A stretch of 64,000 bases of DNA from Spirochaetia bacterium (lineage in GTDB: Bacteria > Spirochaetota > Spirochaetia > SZUA-6 > Bin103), in assembly GCA_965203905.1 (NCBI GenBank), contig CBDBDQ010000005.1:5056001-5120000 (forward strand). Reading direction: 5' to 3'. The first letter of the stretch is position 1. The number at the start of each line of letters is the position of its first letter. This document shows positions 61,055 to 64,000 of this stretch, in pieces. The position numbers were made by a program, and so were the translations under genes. The notes beneath the pieces were generated by a model. That model worked only from the letters and a program-made list of their open reading frames with translations, had not been told where the DNA came from and made no database searches.

Positions 61055-62980
61055 CTAGTTCTTGAAGAAGAGCTGCTCGCCGGCGAAGTTAGCGGCGATG
61101 GCGAAGCCGCCGGTGGGCACGTTGCCCAGGTTCTTGTTGACGATCAGCGGGTACTTGACGTCTTCGACGTTGAGGATGATGTAGACGTTTTCCATCATGC
61201 GCTCGCGCACCTCCTCGATCGCCGCTTCCCGCTCGGCACCCGACCGGGCGATGGAGCGGTCCATGGCGGCCATGAATGCCTTCACGTCCTCGGGCGGCTC
61301 CTCGCCCTCGGCGCCCGCGGTGTTGAACCACGTGAACCAGGCGCGGCCGAACGCACTCGGCACGAAGTCCCACAGGGCGCCCCACCACAGCTCGGGACCG
61401 TGGTGCCACAGCAGGTCGGCCTTCAGCTCGTTGGCGTTGCGTCGGGTGGCCTGCAGGCCGGGCTCGATGGTCTTCATCGTGGTCTTGATGCCCACGTCCT
61501 GCCAGTGCTCGGCGATCATCTCGGTGACCGGCACCTGATCGGTGGCGTGCATGGCGATCTCGAACGGAATCTCGAAGGTCTTGCCGTCCGGCCCGAGCCG
61601 GAAGCCCTGGTCGTCGCGCTGGTCCAGGCCCATCTCGTCCAGCAGGCGGTTGGCCATGTCGGGATCGTACTCCGACGGCACGTAGGTGGAGGCGGTTGCG
61701 AAGCCGAAGTAGATGGCGTCGATGATCTCGTCGCGGTTGATGGCGACGCTCAGCGCCTTGCGGAAGCGCACGTCGTTCACGACTTCGCGCCACACCGGAT
61801 CGTCGTAGGTCAGGTTGAGCCGCGGATCGGTCGGGGTCACGTGCATGTCGAGCAGCACGACCTCGTAGCCGGCGCGGTCCTCGTTCTCCTTGTACAGGTC
61901 GAGCTTGTCGAGGGTGGCGTCCTCACGCAGGAAGTCCACCTCACCGGCCAGCACCTTCAGGTTGGACATCTCCACGTCCGCCACCACCTGCGAACGCAGG
62001 CCGTTGATGTAGGGGAGCTGCTGGCCGGCGCTGTCGACCTTGAAGTAGTAGGGGTTGCGGTCGAAAACCGCGGTGGTGGGGCTCTGCTCCACCAGCATCC
62101 ACGGGTTGAGCACCGGGAAGCCCAGCGCCTTGGGCCGGGTCAGGTCCCAGTTGCGGGCGTCGCGGTTGTTGAACAGCGTCCACCACTCGCCCTTGCTGAG
62201 CCCTTCCTCGGCGATCTCGTCCTCCAGGTCGGCGAGCGCCGTATAGTCGGCGTGCCACTGCTTGAGGTGGTGAGCCGGCTTCACGAACTCGGTGTAGCCC
62301 TTCCACTGCACGATCGACAGGTAGGCGGGAAAGCCGTCGTAGCGCTCGGCGAAGCTGATGCGAAAGGTGTAGTCGTCGATGATCTCGATCTTCAGCGGCT
62401 CACCGTCCGACTTGCTGGCCGACCGCATCCAGCGCGGGAACACCTTGGTGAGGTTCTCGTTGAGCAGGAAGTCCTCGTAGGTGAAGCGGACGTCCTCGGT
62501 GGTCACCGGCGTGCCGTCCGACCACTTGATCCCCTCGCGCAGCGTGAGGGTGAAGTTCTGGCCGTCGGGGGTGACCTCGAAGCTCGAAGCGACGTTGCCG
62601 CCGATGCCGTCGGCCAGGATGCCGGGGGCGGCGAGCAGGGACTCGTCGTTCATCACGAAGATGTCGGGATTCCAGGTCGGACTGGGCTGTACCGAGCGCA
62701 GGATGCCGCCGTACTTGCCGACCTCGAAGTCCAGGTCGCTGGCGGGGATGTCGTTGCGCTCCGCGCTGAGCACGCGCGGCTCCAGCGGCAGGCGCTCCTC
62801 CACCGGCGGCAGCTCTCCGGCCGCGACGAGGGCGGCCAACTCGGGCGCCTCGCTGTACTTGCCGCTGGATGTCATGGCAGCGGCGGTATCTGTGTCGCCG
62901 CTTTCCTCTTCTTCGCCACCGGCGAACAGCAGTGCCGGCAGCGCCATCAGCGAGACGGCGATCAACCATCGAATACTCAT
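61055..62980 (-). CDS. ABC transporter substrate-binding protein, family 5
   Basis: Signal peptide; GELPPVEERLP; RNPYYFKVD..G.QLPYI; GGAGG RBS. Confidence 0.92.
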   Translation of the reverse strand: MSIRWLIAVSLMALPALLFAGGEEEESGDTDTAAAMTSSGKYSEAPELAALVAAGELPPVEERLPLEPRVLSAERNDIPASDLDFEVGKYGGILRSVQPSPTWNPDIFVMNDESLLAAPGILADGIGGNVASSFEVTPDGQNFTLTLREGIKWSDGTPVTTEDVRFTYEDFLLNENLTKVFPRWMRSASKSDGEPLKIEIIDDYTFRISFAERYDGFPAYLSIVQWKGYTEFVKPAHHLKQWHADYTALADLEDEIAEEGLSKGEWWTLFNNRDARNWDLTRPKALGFPVLNPWMLVEQSPTTAVFDRNPYYFKVDSAGQQLPYINGLRSQVVADVEMSNLKVLAGEVDFLREDATLDKLDLYKENEDRAGYEVVLLDMHVTPTDPRLNLTYDDPVWREVVNDVRFRKALSVAINRDEIIDAIYFGFATASTYVPSEYDPDMANRLLDEMGLDQRDDQGFRLGPDGKTFEIPFEIAMHATDQVPVTEMIAEHWQDVGIKTTMKTIEPGLQATRRNANELKADLLWHHGPELWWGALWDFVPSAFGRAWFTWFNTAGAEGEEPPEDVKAFMAAMDRSIARSGAEREAAIEEVRERMMENVYIILNVEDVKYPLIVNKNLGNVPTGGFAIAANFAGEQLFFKN

Positions 62981-63177
62981 AGGGTCCTCCTTCCTTGAGC
63001 AATTGGAGATGTAGTGCGTCGTCGAGCGCAGCGAGAGCTGCGACTGGCCCTCCGCACGGGTAATCGTGCCGGTTATATAAGGAAACAGGATGCGTGACAA
63101 GCCGAGGACCTTGCCCTCTGCAAATAAGGTGGCGGTAACGGGGACGGGGGTCCGGGGGCGGGGGGTGTCTGTCCCTG

Positions 63178-63385
63178 TGGATGGCCGAGTGCGGTCGCAC
63201 CTCGTTGTAGAACTCCATCCACTCGTCGATCACCCGCCGCGCCACGAAGCCGTCCGCCAACTCGTGCAGGTACACCGCCTCGTACTTCATCGAGCGCCAC
63301 AGCCGCTCGATGAACACGTTGTCCAGACACCTGCCGCGCCCGTCCATCGAGCACCGTATTCCCGCCGCCTCCAGCAGCTCGCTTC
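63178..63385 (-). pseudogene. IS3-family transposase (integrase core) fragment
   Basis: SMDGRGRCLDNVFIERLWRSMKYE...FYNEVRPHS. Confidence 0.85.
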
Positions 63386-63641
63386 GGGCTGGCCGACCAC
63401 GGTGCCGAGCTGGGGCGGCATGCTGAGCCGCGAGGGGCGCCAGTACATGGAGATCGCGCCGCGGCTGGCGGTGTGGCCGGGGCTGTGCCTGACGGTGGTG
63501 GTGTACTGCCTGAACATGGTCGGCGACGCGGTGCGCGACCTGCTCGACCCGCGCCTGCGCGGCGGCAGCGGCCGCCTCGGCGCCTACGGCTCCCAGGCAG
63601 TCGGAAAGGGCGGAGGAACCACACGGTCGGCACCGACGTGA
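63386..63641 (+). pseudogene. 3' fragment of a third DppC-like permease of the duplicated-cassette type
   Basis: PSWGGMLSREGRQYMEIAPRLA.WPGLCLT...GDAVRDLLDPRLRGG; high-GC codons. Confidence 0.8.
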
Positions 63642-63729
63642 GGCTGCTTCCGCGTCCCGGACATCTTGTCGCATAGGGTGCGGGGAGCGGTCTTGGTTCC
63701 GCAACGCGAGGCGTGGCCCGTCAATCTCT

Positions 63730-63908
63730 GACTCGAATTCTTGACTCTTCGACGATGAAGAGCCGACCACTGATCTCGTCGGTAATACCCCGAGTAGCTT
63801 CCTGCCAACTTCCAGGATATGGTCGCGCGCCTGGTCGTTGAGGCGCAACACGACGATGCCTGAATACCTGCGAGGCGGGTATGTCCGGATGTCCATCTTG
63901 AAGCGCAC
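63730..63908 (-). pseudogene. DUF5615 toxin with internal deletion
   Basis: MRFKMD joined directly to IRTYPP..YSGIVVLRL. Confidence 0.6.
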
Positions 63909-63918
63909 GCCGCCGGCC

Positions 63919-64000
63919 CTATCGTGACAACGACAGTATTCGCTCCTTGGCCAAGTCCGCCGCGTAGCCTACGGCGGCTTGGACCGACTGCCGGCTGATC
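63919..64000 (-). CDS. DUF433 antitoxin C-terminus; its start lies beyond the window
   Basis: ISRQSVQAAVGYAADLAKERILSLSR*. Confidence 0.65.
   Translation of the reverse strand, partial: ISRQSVQAAVGYAADLAKERILSLSR

Noticed and set aside
62400-63908. 502-aa multi-domain ORF
   Set aside because: Chance in-frame concatenation of a DUF5615 remnant, antisense dppC, an IS3 fragment and off-frame SBP sequence
1-64000. tRNA or rRNA genes
   Set aside because: No cloverleaf or rRNA-like segment recognised by eye; tRNAscan-SE would be needed to exclude them

Overview
High-GC bacterial window. The Opp/Dpp solute-binding proteins have signal peptides ending in '(A/T)G(A/D/G)...(E/D)', and the window is rich in sulfatases, PhyH dioxygenase and toxin-antitoxin genes; this suggests a Spirochaetaceae-like symbiont genome (inference). 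Cargo genes are four Opp/Dpp permease pairs and five family-5 binding proteins with no ATPase gene, two sulfatases, an FGE-sialidase fusion, GH78 rhamnosidase plus rhaM, a beta-propeller hydrolase and a desaturase. These sit among about 13 intact or decayed toxin-antitoxin modules and heavily nested mobile DNA. Main points: (1) A multicopy HNH-protein element with conserved non-coding 5' and 3' arms is present as two full copies and one ORF-less deletion derivative; a 10-bp direct repeat brackets a composite of two copies around an Rpn fragment. (2) A lower-GC ABC cassette is duplicated, and each copy follows the same conserved leader (C13-14 tract, antisense group II intron or its remnant, AGGAGG plus an 11-codon uORF). 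(3) That intron's EBS1 loop is AGGAGG, so it appears to target Shine-Dalgarno sites. (4) A second, ORF-less group II intron has non-canonical ends, and its empty site is visible in the paralogous cassette. (5) A primase-Xer element is hit by an IS (inverted repeats and 5-bp TSD visible) and by a RIT-like element. Many single-base frameshifts may be assembly errors.
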